Source: Octopus sinensis (lineage: Eukaryota). From it: a stretch of 50,412 nt of DNA. Location of the stretch: the NCBI RefSeq assembly GCF_006345805.1, contig NW_021835343.1:1-50412 (forward strand). The letters are read 5' to 3'. Numbering within the stretch: position 1 is the first letter of the stretch; each line of letters opens with the position of its first letter. Below, in pieces: positions 25,165 to 37,989 of this stretch. Both the position numbers and the translations under genes were made by a program. Below the pieces are notes generated by a model. The model saw only the letters and a program-made list of their open reading frames with translations, did not search any database and was not told where the DNA came from.

Positions 25165-25351
25165 ATGTGTGTTTACGTGTGTGTGTAACATTAAGTATTT
25201 TAATGTTGATTTCCCTTCCCACCAGCCACAACCCTACTTCGCGCGTATTTTCTATTCCTGACATATTTGCACTGTAAATCAACCTTACCATCTTTTCTAA
25301 GCTGCTTCACAGAATAAAAAAAAGAATGATAGGGGGGAGGGGGAATGGTAT

Positions 25352-25530
25352 AATGATTTCAACTTTTGGCACAAGGCCAGTAATTTCCAGGGAGTGAGTA
25401 AGTCGATTAAGTTGACCCCCGCTTTCCATGTGCTCGTCTGGTACTTATTTTATTGACCGCGAAAAAATAAAAGGCAAAGTCTACCTCGATGGTAATTGCC
25501 CGGCGCAATAGCGAGCCGACTCGCAACCTT
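25352..25530 (-). mobile_element. SINE family A fragment
   Basis: Core tggtacttattttattgaccgcg..aaaggcaaagtctacc. Confidence 0.8.
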
Positions 25531-25535
25531 AATAC

Positions 25536-25592
<57 letters not shown>

Positions 25593-25659
25593 CGTTATTA
25601 TTATTATTGTTGTTATTATTATTATTATTATTATATTATTATTATTATAAATGGCCTAA

Positions 25660-26215
25660 TGCATTTCCACGCAGTGGCTCTCATGGCTTTTGATCTTAAC
25701 TGATTGAAAATGTTATGATGTACATTGTTTTGTCTTGGTATAAAAAATGGACTACAACAAAGATTCTACTCGATTTCACAGAATTGCGTGTCGCTAGCTT
25801 GACCTTAACCAGTTGAGCATGGTCCTCGGTGGTTGACAATATGTTCATCTCTGATCACGAGCAGAAGTAGTGGGGGAGCATCATAGCCATGTCTTGAAAG
25901 GAATTCTTTGGGATTTGAATAATTCACCTCTTAGAACATAAGTGTTTTGTTCATCATTTTTGAACAAACCTTTTTCAGGGACCTGTTGAGCAGGATGGGT
26001 TACCCAACCAGAAGTAAATTCTAACTGGGTCCCACCCGCAAGGTCATGCACTGTTTATCTTGATATGAGATTACCATGTCTCGCACATATGGTTGTGATG
26101 CATGTACCTAGTGTACACTTATCAGACGGGTAGCCATGATGAGTATACTGGGCTTCGTATGTTTTACCCCAGTATCACTCAGATGGCATGCGCTGCTCTC
26201 ACTCAATATTAATAA
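25660..26215 (+). repeat. Unclassified interspersed repeat between (TAT)n and AAT tracts
   Basis: Resembles an abundant Octopus repeat recalled from memory; single copy here, class not determined. Confidence 0.4.
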
Positions 26216-26217
26216 TA

Positions 26218-26427
26218 AACCTTTCTACTGGAGGTACAAGGCCTCAGATTTGTGGTAAGAGGACTAGTTGATTACATCGACCCCAGTGTTTCTCTGGTAC
26301 TTAATTTATCGACTCCGAAAGGATGAAAGGCAAAGCCGACCTCGGTGGAATTTGAACTCAGAATGTAAAGACGAACTAAATGCCGCTTAGCATTTTGTCC
26401 GACATGCTAACGATTCTGCCAGCTCAC
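26218..26427 (-). mobile_element. SINE family A copy
   Basis: Full core and head (gcattttgtccgacatgctaacgattctgccagctcac). Confidence 0.9.
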
Positions 26428-26460
26428 TGCATTTTAATAATAATAATAATGATAATAATA

Positions 26461-26515
<55 letters not shown>

Positions 26516-26929
26516 TTCTCTTTTGGCCACAAGGGCCGCACACAAATTTCAAAGTACGATATAAAACATAAGACTTTAAGTGTAGATAAGTAGCATGTCG
26601 GAAAACTAAAATAAAAAGAATTGAGAATGGAATATTAAAATTTTTCCAAAAGTAAGCGTCATCCGGACACAACCAAGGAAACCCTCATATCCTGTATACC
26701 TTGATCACATAGAGCACATCTTCTCTTCAATCCATCCGGCTTACTGGTGCATGGGCCATACGCTCCGCTACAATCCAACAAATTACAGGGGCAAAACTTA
26801 CTTCTTCACCCGCAATTTCCTTCTCAAGTGAACCTTGGAAAAGTTGATGAGGCCTTGACCGGAGTAAAAACGATATTACCATCAGCCCCGGAGAAACAAA
26901 CAAAACGTATTGTCGTGAGTACTTTCAAT

Positions 26930-29560
26930 ATCGTCCCTCTTTCACGACAGCCACAAAACAAGAAAACTGCACTTCAGGCAAGTACTCCTCTCGTCTTCGT
27001 TCCCTGAGCATATTCACACGAGCCATCCTCGCTACATTCACCCATATTTCAAGAAAAATACTGACAGGGGCAGCGCTTCCTTCTCCACCCTCAGTTTGTT
27101 TTGCAAGTGTAACTTCAAAAAAGCTGATGGGCACTTGGCGGAAAAGAAGAGTATCTGTCTTCAATCCTTTTTACCTGGTCCATTACACTACCTCGATCGT
27201 CATAGCCACCAAACAGGAAAACCGCCGTCGCTGCTTGGCCAAAACAAGGCAGTGGGGCGAAACTCACGACTGGCTAGGCCGATAGCCAGATCAACCCTAC
27301 ACGCTATGACACCTGATTGATAAAACTCCACGTGTTAGCAATGTCCAAGCACTGGACGAGTTTCGTCACTTGGATCGCATCTCAGACAGAACAGTCGGAC
27401 AGCATTTTCATATCTGGAGAGCTCATCTCGAATCGGCAGAGTCCCCCTTATAGCTCTGGTAGGCCAAGGACTTCTGAAATTTTTCCATAGACCTTGGCAA
27501 GATAGTCTTCCGGAAAAGACCAACTAATTGTTCTCTCCCCGACTTCCAGGGTATTCATGATGCGTAAAATAGTATTTAAGAAAAAGACGCCTACACCAAC
27601 TCATCGTCAAGGAATCGTTGGAAATGTCTCAGCATGGAAATGACTTCAAACCATGGCATACGCAGTCCGCCACATAGCGGCTGTTGACAGCAAATGGACC
27701 ATGTAACAAGCAGAACCCTTCCACAAAATGCAGAAGAGCAAGCGCTCCAATTTCATCAGCGCTGAAGCAGGGCAAAGGACAACGGTCAGGCAGTAGTAGA
27801 TAACGATGGCGATGGAAGCATTCGCCACCTCCGCCATACCTACCTTTCAAAGGCAGTTTTCTTTCCGCCCATTTCTAGTGAGAATGGCCACCCCTTCTCA
27901 TCACCTCTATCAGATCCTGTACACTTTGAAATCCCGAAAATTTAACTGGCCTTTCCGTATAGTGCCCCACGATGTAGTCAGGTAGCATAGAACTGCCTCT
28001 CCAGGTGCAAAGCTGCAAGTCCACTTATGGTTAATTTTTGCTCCTGTCACCGCTTCGCGTACAAGCTGACACGAATCTTCCGCATCCTAGTTCTCGAAGT
28101 ATGCTCAACGAAACATCCTGCTTCCATAGCAGTGGATCAAGAGACAGCACGTACTGAAAAGGCAAATGTGGTTATACTTAACTGACCGTTCATGCAATGC
28201 TTAATGGCTCTGATAGGTGGCCATTTAACTTTAACCACTGATCAGGTGGTGGAGGTTCTTGTGGATAGATCCGTTTGAGATAGCACATGTAAGTGCATCA
28301 CCGATTAGTTTGTCAAAGACAAGCGCCAATCTCTTTGTTACCTACCTTCATGGATAAAATTTCTGAGTTCAGCAGAGTTACAGGATTAAAATTATCGATA
28401 TGATTATCATCCATTATCGTGTCCTTTCTCAATGGCAGCACCACACTTCGGCTCACAGGACTAGGAATTCTTCTTTTCTACTGCTTGTTGCGATAAACAT
28501 CTGCCAAGAAATCACAGCGAGCAAGTCTGGCAAATGAAAATGAAGCTCGAATTTCAGACCATCCGGACTCGGAAACTTCTCCCTTAACGTATGTCTTCGG
28601 CTATTATCAGTATTTTTAAAGAATTCGCAATCCTTGACTAAATGCTACAACAGGCTATAGTGGTAGGCGGTAAAATCTGCTCACCTCTCCAACTCAGTGC
28701 ATGCCTCTAGAGTTCGGCGAAGTACGGTTGAAATTCTGCTTTTTTGAACTCGAAAAGCAAGCACCTGCCTCGGCACATCAAATATCGAATTAAACATTTT
28801 TTGGCATGTTGCACCTCCGCCACCCGGGCCCATCGAATGGCTTTTATTCCCTCATGTCCTAGGCTACACGCCTTTGCTCTGACAACGAATCCTTTTGCTT
28901 GACGTTGAAGAACATGTCAAAAGCCAATCTCACCACCTGCATGTCGGTCGCTATGCTTTTTCTAGCTACCTCTTCGAGCTTCCCAGCTGGGTTTCCTTCG
29001 TCTTTGACTTCTCTATTGCTATTTCTTTATTAAACCCTAAGGCCTGTATTCTTTTAGATCCATGCATGGCTATCCACTATCAGTTGGTCACGATTAAACC
29101 CGTCAAATTCCGACGGATTTATTTGCTAACCCAGTCTGTTAAATCTTGACGCGCCAGGAAAGACGTGTTCAGGTTCCAGTATTTGGGGTCTGCCTATGTA
29201 ACCCACTTATTTCGACCATAGAGATCACGGATTTGTAGTCTGTAACAGTGACGATTTTGAATTGTGAACAACTGGATTACTGGATGCTCTTGACCCATGT
29301 CCACATCGGTGCATTTGAGCAATTCAGTCGGTATCTCTCAGCCAGTTGAAAGTGACTGAACAGGTTTGCTAAGATTTTACACCACATTTCCTATCGTCAA
29401 GTCGCTGGTGGGTATCACATTGAAATCTAGTGACCTGGGGTTATTAAGCAAGTAACACTACTTCCAGGGTGACAGTAGGCTACGTGCATTTATTGCTACC
29501 CGCTCTGAAGATCGTAATGTTAGTTGAAAAGAATGCGAGAAGAAAACGAGTCACCTACCT
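26930..29560 (-). mobile_element. Older Tx1/L1-clade LINE ORF2 remnant (endonuclease, linker, RT with internal deletion, Cys domain)
   Basis: Minus strand: YWNLNTSFL (about 29170), SPDGL..NFNPVTLLN..KRLALV (28570-28300), GAKIN, LFCILWKG, CLRCDPSDET; homologous to 11401-13215. Confidence 0.88.
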
Positions 29561-31123
29561 TGAAGATTTTCTGGCCGGTACTCGGGTGAGGGAAAATTCG
29601 CATTCTGTATGGGATTCTTTGGGGGAGATCTTGTAGAAGCCTGATCGAGACAGTTACTCTTTGATCCCAAAGTCATGCGGGGGAAATCTCCCATATTTCC
29701 CTGTAATAGGTAACTGGTAACCTAAGCAATTTCAAATCCTCAGTGACATGACTGAGCTGTTTTAGAAAACCTGCCCTCCTGTCTCTGTCACCTCTTTCTT
29801 ACTAACACAAAGTTGAGTGCAGCTTGTTGTACGTGTGTTTATCTGGGGACTTGTGTGTTTGCTGTTCAATTGTTTGCGTATCGTATTTTTGTTGCCCTTA
29901 GTAGAGATGGTATAACTTGTCATTACCTTTTCCAGCCTGAGTGTGCGTACGGTCGACTTCTGAACAAACAACTCTGCGTTTCGGGAACGTTGTCCCTGTT
30001 TCCCTGACATAAATTAATATGTATCTGCCTGTACAAACTCTTCACATAAAGTAGCTGTACGGGGCAATTTAATGTTTTTGCACCTCAACACTCAACATAA
30101 ACAAAAAACTACAAAGTATACTTCCATATTTTATATATACATATACGGGCGTGTGCGTGTGAGCGTCTGTGTACAGATTTATATATATATATATTTATAA
30201 ATATATATATAAATATATATATGTGTGTGTGTGTGTGTGTGTATACACACATATATATATACATATATATATATGTTTGTACGCATGTATGTATGTTTTT
30301 AAGTATGTGTAGGTGCGTGTATATATCGGCATGTCCGTATATGTACATTCATATAGATACATATACATAAGTAATTACATATGTATCTATGTGTGTATAC
30401 ATGTATGTATAATATGTGTGAGCGCGCCTGTGTGTGCGCACGTTTGTTTGTGTTTGTGTGTGTGTGTGTGTGTGTGTTTGTGTGTGTGTGTTTTGTGTGT
30501 GTGTGTGTGTGTAGATATGTGATAGGTGCATGGTAAAGAAACGTTGAAATAGGACACGAGAAAGGAATCCTTCTCTACACAAGAATGTACCCCCTACCTG
30601 CCCTCCCACATCCATCACCTCACCCATCCAAAAGAAATTATTACTGAATGCTCTAGCGACCACAGATAATTACCAAAGAACATAGAAGAATAGAAATGTT
30701 AAAAATGATAAAACAAACACCGTAGACTAGAATAAACAGAAGAACCGGAGGACGACCATTTTGGCTCCCCATGTCTTATTCATCTCACCATCACCATCAC
30801 CACCACTTCCACCTCCACCATCAGCACCAGCAGTATTCTCAACCAATGTTGCCTCCAATGCCAAAAGCAACACTTTCCACCTCCAGAAACAATATCACCA
30901 ATCTCTAGCATCATCTCCATAAAAATTTCCACGACTACCAGTTCAGCCTAGCAACAGAACCGTCTACTATTATTCAACTTGACAACAACACACGTCCTAC
31001 AACCAGAACATTCTCAGCGCATAGAATTCGGAGTAAATAAACCAACATGACACAGTAAACACTTTCAGCTCAAAATTCTCATTGGTACCTGCTTACCGTA
31101 TTTAGCTTGACACAAACCTTGAC

Positions 31124-31277
31124 AGGCGCGGGAGTGGGCGCGTAGCTTGCTTACCAACCACATGGTTCCGGGTTCTGTCCCACTGCGTGGCACCTTAGGC
31201 AAGCGTCTTCTACTATAGCCTCGGGCCGACCAAAGCATTGAGAGCGAATTTGGTAGAGGGAAACTGAAAGAAGCTAG

Positions 31278-31322
<45 letters not shown>

Positions 31323-31512
31323 TTGCATGACAACCGATGCTGTTGTGTTTACGTCCCCGTAACTTAGTGGTTCGGCAAAAGAGATCGATAGAATAAGTAC
31401 TAGGCTTACAAAGAATAAGTCTGGGGTCGATTTGCTCGACCAAAGGCGGAGCTCCGGCATGGCCGCAGTCAAATGACTGAAACAAGTAAAAGAATAAAAG
31501 AATAAAGAAAGA
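31124..31512 (+). mobile_element. SINE family B, full length
   Basis: tRNA-like head tagcttgcttaccaaccacatggttccgggttc, internal TA/TG tract, tail gtcaaatgactgaaacaagtaaaaga. Confidence 0.93.
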
Positions 31513-31533
31513 ATATATATATATATATATATA

Positions 31534-31790
31534 ATGAGACTGAACAAGGAAACATTCTTCATGGAAAAGTACAAACCCAGACTCAACCATCCGAACATAC
31601 TGACACAGAGAAATTCACAAGGGAAAGGAAAAAATTTTAAGCGATTATCTCCCTTACACCGGAAGAAATCACTCACTACCTCCCCTTATTTAGAAATCTC
31701 CTGAAAATAAAAACAACGATAACTCCATGCAATATAAACATAACGTCACAAGAATTTGAAAAGCTACACGCGAAACCGGTATTTCTTTTA
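31534..31790 (+). mobile_element. Possible Penelope-like element 3' end
   Basis: RLNKETFFMEKYKPRLN resembles the end of the Penelope GIY-YIG domain (E..FI.K.KP.LN); downstream cgcgaaaccggt. Confidence 0.4.
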
Positions 31791-31959
31791 TTTATGTCAT
31801 TATAAGGTAAAAATTTTTTTTTTAATTTTCTAATATTCTTCAGACATATTGACGCAAATATATATATTTTTTAACATTCAAGCCTTCTGTCGTTTTTTCA
31901 CTCTACTATTTTCTATATATATATATATATATATATATATCTTATATATATATATATAC

Positions 31960-32191
31960 ATATGTATGTGTGTGTATGTGTTTGTATGTCTGTGTTTGTC
32001 CCCCCAACATCGCTTGACAACCGATGCTGGTGTGTTTCCATCCCCGTAACTTAGCGGTTCGGCAAAAGAGACCGCTAGAATAAGTTCTAGACTTACAAGG
32101 AATAAGTCCTGGGGTCGATTTGCTCGATTAACGGTGGATCTCCAGTATGGCCGGAGTCAAATGACTGAAACAAGTAAAAGAGTAAAAGAGT
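31960..32191 (+). mobile_element. SINE family B 3' half
   Basis: Matches the 3' half of 31124-31512. Confidence 0.9.
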
Positions 32192-32796
32192 TATGGCGCA
32201 TAAACATTACCGAAGAATATTCATGGAGTGTGCCACGGTTATTTCCCACCACCGATACCACCACCACGACCCTGCAATCTCTCCCCCGGCAGACTGCATT
32301 TAAAACAAAGTAAACCACTAAACATATTCACGGGTTATATTCAAATAACAAGCATTGTTCACTTTTACGGTTGAACAAAGAAAGCTCCCATGAATGAAGA
32401 AGCACTGGATGTACACGCACAGTCTATGAGAATACACAACGAAAATCTGATATAGTATGAGAATATTTATTGGAAGGAGAAATCATCGTGTAAATGTCTG
32501 CTTGGAACACCGTTGGCGATTCTTTCGGGTTCAGAGATAAACCTTCACTTTATACTACGTTGAAAAGTAGAAACTTTGAAAATCTCATTTTCATATTAAA
32601 ATTTTGTAATTTCAGAAAATTAGAAAATTATTCCTCAGACTCTTTGCCACTTTGCGGATTACAAGTTATTACAAAAGCCAAATATGAAAACTCGATTCGT
32701 CTGCTTAACGGATTTTGGAAGATTATTGCTCCATGACAGATAAATGACGTATGAGTTTACATGGATAATCCTTAATGAAAATGATCAAACTCGATC

Positions 32797-32991
32797 ATAG
32801 TCATTTGACTGCGGTCATGCTGGGGCATCCCCTTGACTGGTTTTAGTCAAGCAAATCGACCCCAGGATATATTTTTGTGCTAAGCCTGGTATTTATTCTA
32901 TCGGTATATTTCGCCACCCAATAAGTTGCGGTGATGTAGACATACCAACACCGGTTGGGTGACAAACACAAGCACAAAGTCACGTACACAT

Positions 32992-33029
<38 letters not shown>

Positions 33030-33258
33030 ACAGACACACACACACACACACACACACATACACACACACACACACACACTCACTCACATACACATATGTG
33101 CGACGGGCTTCTTCAGTTTCAATCTGGCAAATCCAGTCACAAGATTTTGGTCGGCCCGAAGCTATTGTAGAAGACACATGCCAAAGGAGTCACGCAGTGG
33201 GAGTGAAACCGGAACCATGTGTTTGGAAAGCCAGATTCTACTACACAGACACGCCTGT
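32797..33258 (-). mobile_element. SINE family B, full length, expanded internal (CA)n
   Basis: Reverse complement of the family B head, core and tail. Confidence 0.9.
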
Positions 33259-33599
33259 ACCTGGATATATATATATATATCTGTGCTTGTATTCATTTGT
33301 ATGTATAAAGACATACAAACGTTCCGATGGTTCTAAATAACCACAGTATTACATATTATACGTGTGTATATCCGAGGGCGGCTGTGTATTGAAATAGCGA
33401 TACGTTTCGAACTGTTAGACTTTTTTCAGCGAAAAATTGATTGAAACTCAGAAAGAATTGAGGAAAAAGAAAAAAAAAGATTAAAGAAAAACTAGGGTAG
33501 AGGTTCACGAAAAAGGTATTTTGTACACCTTAGTTACACTCAACCCTCATTTTACCAAGAGTTTTTCTTGTCTTTGCTTATTTTCTTATTCTTTCATTT

Positions 33600-34140
33600 G
33601 ATCAAGAGCAGACAGTCAGAAAGAAGGAAAAAAAAGACAACAAGAAAAAGAAGAAGGAGGAGGCGAGGGGAGGAGGTCGAGGAGGAGAATAAAAAATTGG
33701 AAAAAATAACAATGAGAAAGTAAGAGAAGAAACAGAAGAAGAAGAAGAAGAAGAAGAAGAAGAAGAAGAAGAAGAAGAAGAAGAAGAAAATAAGAAGAAA
33801 AGAAGAAGAAGAAAAAGAAAAAGAAAAGAAGAAGAAAGGAAGAAGAAGAAGAACAAGAAGAAAAAGAAAAAGAAAAGAAGAAGAAAAGAAGAAGAAAAAG
33901 AAGATGAAGAAGAAGAAGAAGAAGAAGAAGAAGACGAAGAAGAAGAAGAAGAAGAAAGGAAGAACAAGAAGAACAAGAAGAAAAAGAAAAAGAAAAGAAG
34001 AAGAAAAGAAGAAGAAAAAGAAGATGAAGAAGAAGAAGAAGAAGGAGGAGGAGGAGGAGGGGAGGAGCAGCAGCAGCAGAAGGAGGAAGAGGAGGATAAT
34101 CTTGATGATGATGATGATGATGATGATGGTGGTGGTGCTA
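33600..34140. repeat. (GAA)n-rich purine tract with a 120-bp internal duplication
   Basis: Lines 33841-33920 and 33961-34040 are nearly identical. Confidence 0.95.
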
Positions 34141-34649
34141 GAAATCAATGGAAAAGAATGAATCACAGGTTATAATCATTCATATATCTGATATACATGC
34201 CCCGGTTGTTGTTGTTGTTGGTCATCCTACAGATGCTGATGCGGCGGCTGCAGCCGAGGTTACTTCGATGCCGCTGTAATTGTTGTTGTGGCTTGAATTG
34301 AATGAAATGAATAATGCGAGAAAGCCATCATCATAAAGTGGACATTTTAATTAAAATCTTTTAACGTTACTACATAACTCCTTTGCATATACGTATGAAT
34401 ATAAGTGTGTGTGCATGTGTGTGTATGGGTGTGTTTGTATGGGTATGTGTGAGTGCGTGTGTGTTTGCGGATGTATGTGTGTATGTGCGATTGTATGTGT
34501 TTGTGTACAAGAATATATGTGTGTGTATATATATATGTATACATACATGCATGTGTATGTATTTGAGTGTGTATGTGTGTGTGTGTGTTTGTGCGTCTTT
34601 GTGCGAAGATGTATGCGTGTGTGCGCTTGTATGTGTTTGTGTGTAAGTA

Positions 34650-34692
<43 letters not shown>

Positions 34693-35219
34693 TACATACA
34701 TACATACATACATGCATGTGTGTGTATTTGTGTGTTTATGTGTGTGTTTAGGTATGTGTGTGCGTGTGTGTGCGAGGATGTATGTGTGTGTGCGTTTGTA
34801 TGTGTTTGTGTGTAAGTATATGTGTATATATATGTATATATATATATATATGTATATCTATATATACACATACATACATACATGTGTGTGTATTTGTGTG
34901 TGTGTGTGTGTGTGTATGTGTACGTGTGGGTGTGTGTATGTGTAAAGTTTGCATGGATATACCTTCGGCTCTTAATGCATTTCAATGGAGTTTTTAAATG
35001 GTCGAAAGTTGAATTTTAATAACTTAAATTTAACATCTTAGAAAGTTCTTACCGTAATGTTGATGAATAATTACATTTAGTTATCTTACCTTTAACTCTC
35101 TACTCAACGTTAGATATTACATAAATGTAATGTTATATATAAAACTGTATTAAAGTTGAAATAACTGTCCGAATGACTAAGAGTATTTGCAACGAAATAT
35201 AATGCTTTAAGTTATGTTT

Positions 35220-35420
35220 CTTTAAGTTCTCAATGCAAGTACTTTTGGCGGTCGGCTTTGCCCACCATCCTTCCTTGGGTGATAAAATAAGGAAAAGAGA
35301 AATAGCGGTTAAGCGTACCTATGTGTATATATTACATATTTACATGATCGATGATGACAGTGACTTCGAATTTTCGACCTTCTGGCCTTCACCGGCTTAT
35401 GATTATTGGGTTCTTTTTTT
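35220..35420 (-). pseudogene. Decayed CTLD N-terminal fragment
   Basis: KIRSHCH; 18 of 19 nt identical to 42407-42425 (CPKIRNHC). Confidence 0.45.
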
Positions 35421-35439
35421 GGTTTTATATGAAGGAGAA

Positions 35440-37095
35440 AATAAGAAAGGGAAATTACCAGAGAATAAGACTCATATTAAAATCTGAACTCAACTCTAAA
35501 AATCGCATCGAAGCCATTAGTACCCTGGCACTATGTGTAGTCCAATATAGCTTTAACATCATTAAGTGGAATCTTACAGAGATCCAGTGCCAGGATCTCT
35601 GTAAGATCCTGGCACTGATCTTACAGAGAAGAAAATTACTAACATGCACCACCCAAAAGCAGATGTTGATCGGCTGTACGTACCTAGAAGTGATGGGACA
35701 AGAGGAATGATGCAGGTAGAACTGTGCTGTAAGACCTCCACAATATCAATGAGCAGGTACTTATCCAGTTCGGAGGACTTGACGCTGCGACCGGTGTACA
35801 AAAACGAAAACATTAAAATGTTCCATTCCGTTGTAAAGGAAGCTTGCAAATTCACAAGGGACCTTGGCATTAGACCTGAAATAGTTGAAAAGCCTAAAAC
35901 CACTGCCAAAAGTCAAGCAAACTGAATTAAGCAGACTGCAAAACAACAGAATGGGTAGAAACAAATTGAAGAGCGGTGGAACCAGAAGCCTCTGCATGGA
36001 AGTATATACTTCGAAGTCAAAATGCTGATGTAGATCAAGCAACAACCCATCAGTGGCTGAGAAGTTCAGAACTGAAAGCAGAGACTGAGGGTTTCATATT
36101 AGTGGTATAAGATAAAAAAAACTACCAGGCTAACGTTCTTCAAAACGGTTCTGACTCTAAATGCAAATTCTATGACACATTTGACCAAACAATAGACATA
36201 TCGACTCGGGACACCAAACGAATACAAAAATTCAGTGATAGGGTAGGACAGTATTACATTGGAAAATATGTAAACACTACAAATCAGTACAGTTGCTTAC
36301 TTGTATGAATATCATCCTTAGTCAGTCGTTGAAGTTAAAATGTCACTATCCTCTGAGATTTTCCAGTCAACGGTGACTGAACGATTCACCAAATCGACAA
36401 GACATAATTATTAAAGACAGGGAAAAAGTACCTAAAGATTTATAAATGCAAGTGTTCCCACCGATAAAAATATATCTGTCAAGGAATTTCACAAACTAAG
36501 TAAATATAAGGACCATTGGAAGCACTCCGTCGGTTACGACGACGATGGTTCCGGTTGATCCAATCAACGGAACAGCCTGCTCGTGAAATTAACGTGTAAG
36601 TGGCTGAGCACTCCACAGACACGTGTACCCTTAACGTAGTTCTCGGGGATATTCAGCGTGACACAGAGAGTGACAAGGCCGGCCCTTTGAAATACAGGTA
36701 CAACAGAAACAGGAAGTAAGAGTGAGAGAAAGAGTACAGCAGGGATCACCACCATCCCCTGTCGGAGCCTCGTGGAGCTTTAGGTGTTTTCGCTCAATAA
36801 ACACTCACAACGCCCGGTCTGTGAATCGAAACCGTGATCCTATGACCGCGAGTCCGCTGCCCTAACCACTGGGCCATTGCGCCTCCACAAATATAAGGAC
36901 CTGGAAATTGAAATTCAAAAGATGTGACATCTTAAAATGGGAAGTGATCCTGTTATTGTAGAGGCCTTAGGTGTGATAAGAAAAGGATGTCAGAAACATC
37001 TAGATAAGATCCCAGGAGAACCATGTCTCAGAGAAATCCAAATGACTGTGCTGACAAGTACTGCACACATCCTTAGAAAAATCCTATACATTTAA
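35440..37095 (+). mobile_element. 5'-truncated R4/Dong-clade LINE, interrupted by a SINE
   Basis: ILKSELNSKNRIEAI, HHPKADVDRLYVPRSDGTRG, KPLHGKY, LKAETEGFI, LSKYKDLEIEIQK, VIPVIVEALG, STAHILRK. Confidence 0.92.
36515..36888 (-). mobile_element. SINE family C (tRNA-derived, OR-like), tail type 1, with 13-bp TSD
   Basis: Head ggcgcaatggcccagtggttagggcagcggactcgcgg; TSD aaatataaggacc at 36502-36514 and 36889-36901. Confidence 0.95.
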
Positions 37096-37244
37096 AATGT
37101 CTGCGTTGTATTATGTGAAGTTATTTCGCTACCTCCTCTCCCGAAGCTTTCAGTCATATTGTAATATCTCTTATCCTTCACGCCCCCATGACGCTGGATG
37201 TGTCACAGCAAGTGACTGTAACAGAAATGCAGATTAAAAGTAAA

Positions 37245-37300
37245 ATAACAACAATGATGATAACAACAAAAACAACAACAACAACAATAATAATAATAAC

Positions 37301-37338
<38 letters not shown>

Positions 37339-37451
37339 CAACAAAACAATAATAATAACAATAATAATAACAATAAGAAGAAGAAGAAGAAGAGAATGAT
37401 AATAATAATAATAATAACAACAACAACAACAACAACAACAGCAACAACAAC

Positions 37452-37526
<75 letters not shown>

Positions 37527-37575
37527 AAGAAGAACAACAACAACAACAACAACAACAACGACAACACAACAATAT
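37245..37575. repeat. Compound (AAC)/(AAT)/(AAG) microsatellite
   Basis: Seen directly. Confidence 0.96.
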
Positions 37576-37909
37576 TCTAAGTCTTGGACATGAAGTTTAA
37601 TACATGATTTTTAGTACATTGTTTCAATATATATTTATATGATAGATTGATACTACAGGATATAATACTGCAGGCTATTCCTCTCTCTTTCTCTCTCTCT
37701 CTCCCTCTTTCTCTCTCTCTCTCATGCTTCCCGCTCTTTCACTCTGATCTTTCTCAACTCTTCCCCCCCTCCCTTGCCCCTCTCTTCTTATCTGTCTTTG
37801 TGTGAGTCTGTGTGAGTGTGAGGGAGCTTATAATTTTCTTTTAGTCTACTTTGGTTCAAGATGTTCTCTATCTTTTCGTTTCGTTTTATTGTTTTTTTTA
37901 AGACGAGTT

Positions 37910-37948
<39 letters not shown>

Positions 37949-37989
37949 CTCCATTACTATTTGTTATGAATCTGTGATTTGTGAGCGAG

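Noticed and set aside
30770-30960. His/Pro-rich transcription-factor-like peptide
   Set aside because: Degenerate (CAC/CAT/ACC)n repeat; all frames close quickly.
31065-31676. 203-aa ORF
   Set aside because: Chimeric read-through of a SINE, TA repeats and flanking sequence.
33594-34166. Lys/Glu-rich or Phe/Ser-rich ORFs, and the many YI/HT/CV-repeat ORFs across the window
   Set aside because: Translations of microsatellites.
36845-36888. tRNA genes at SINE heads (also 39338, 44477, 46203, 47288)
   Set aside because: A/B-box-like heads run into SINE bodies and no complete cloverleaf is evident.
37096-37250. R4/Dong 3' UTR ending in a (TAA)n target
   Set aside because: An AAC/AAT tract follows about 150 bp after the stop, but I cannot show that the intervening sequence belongs to the element.
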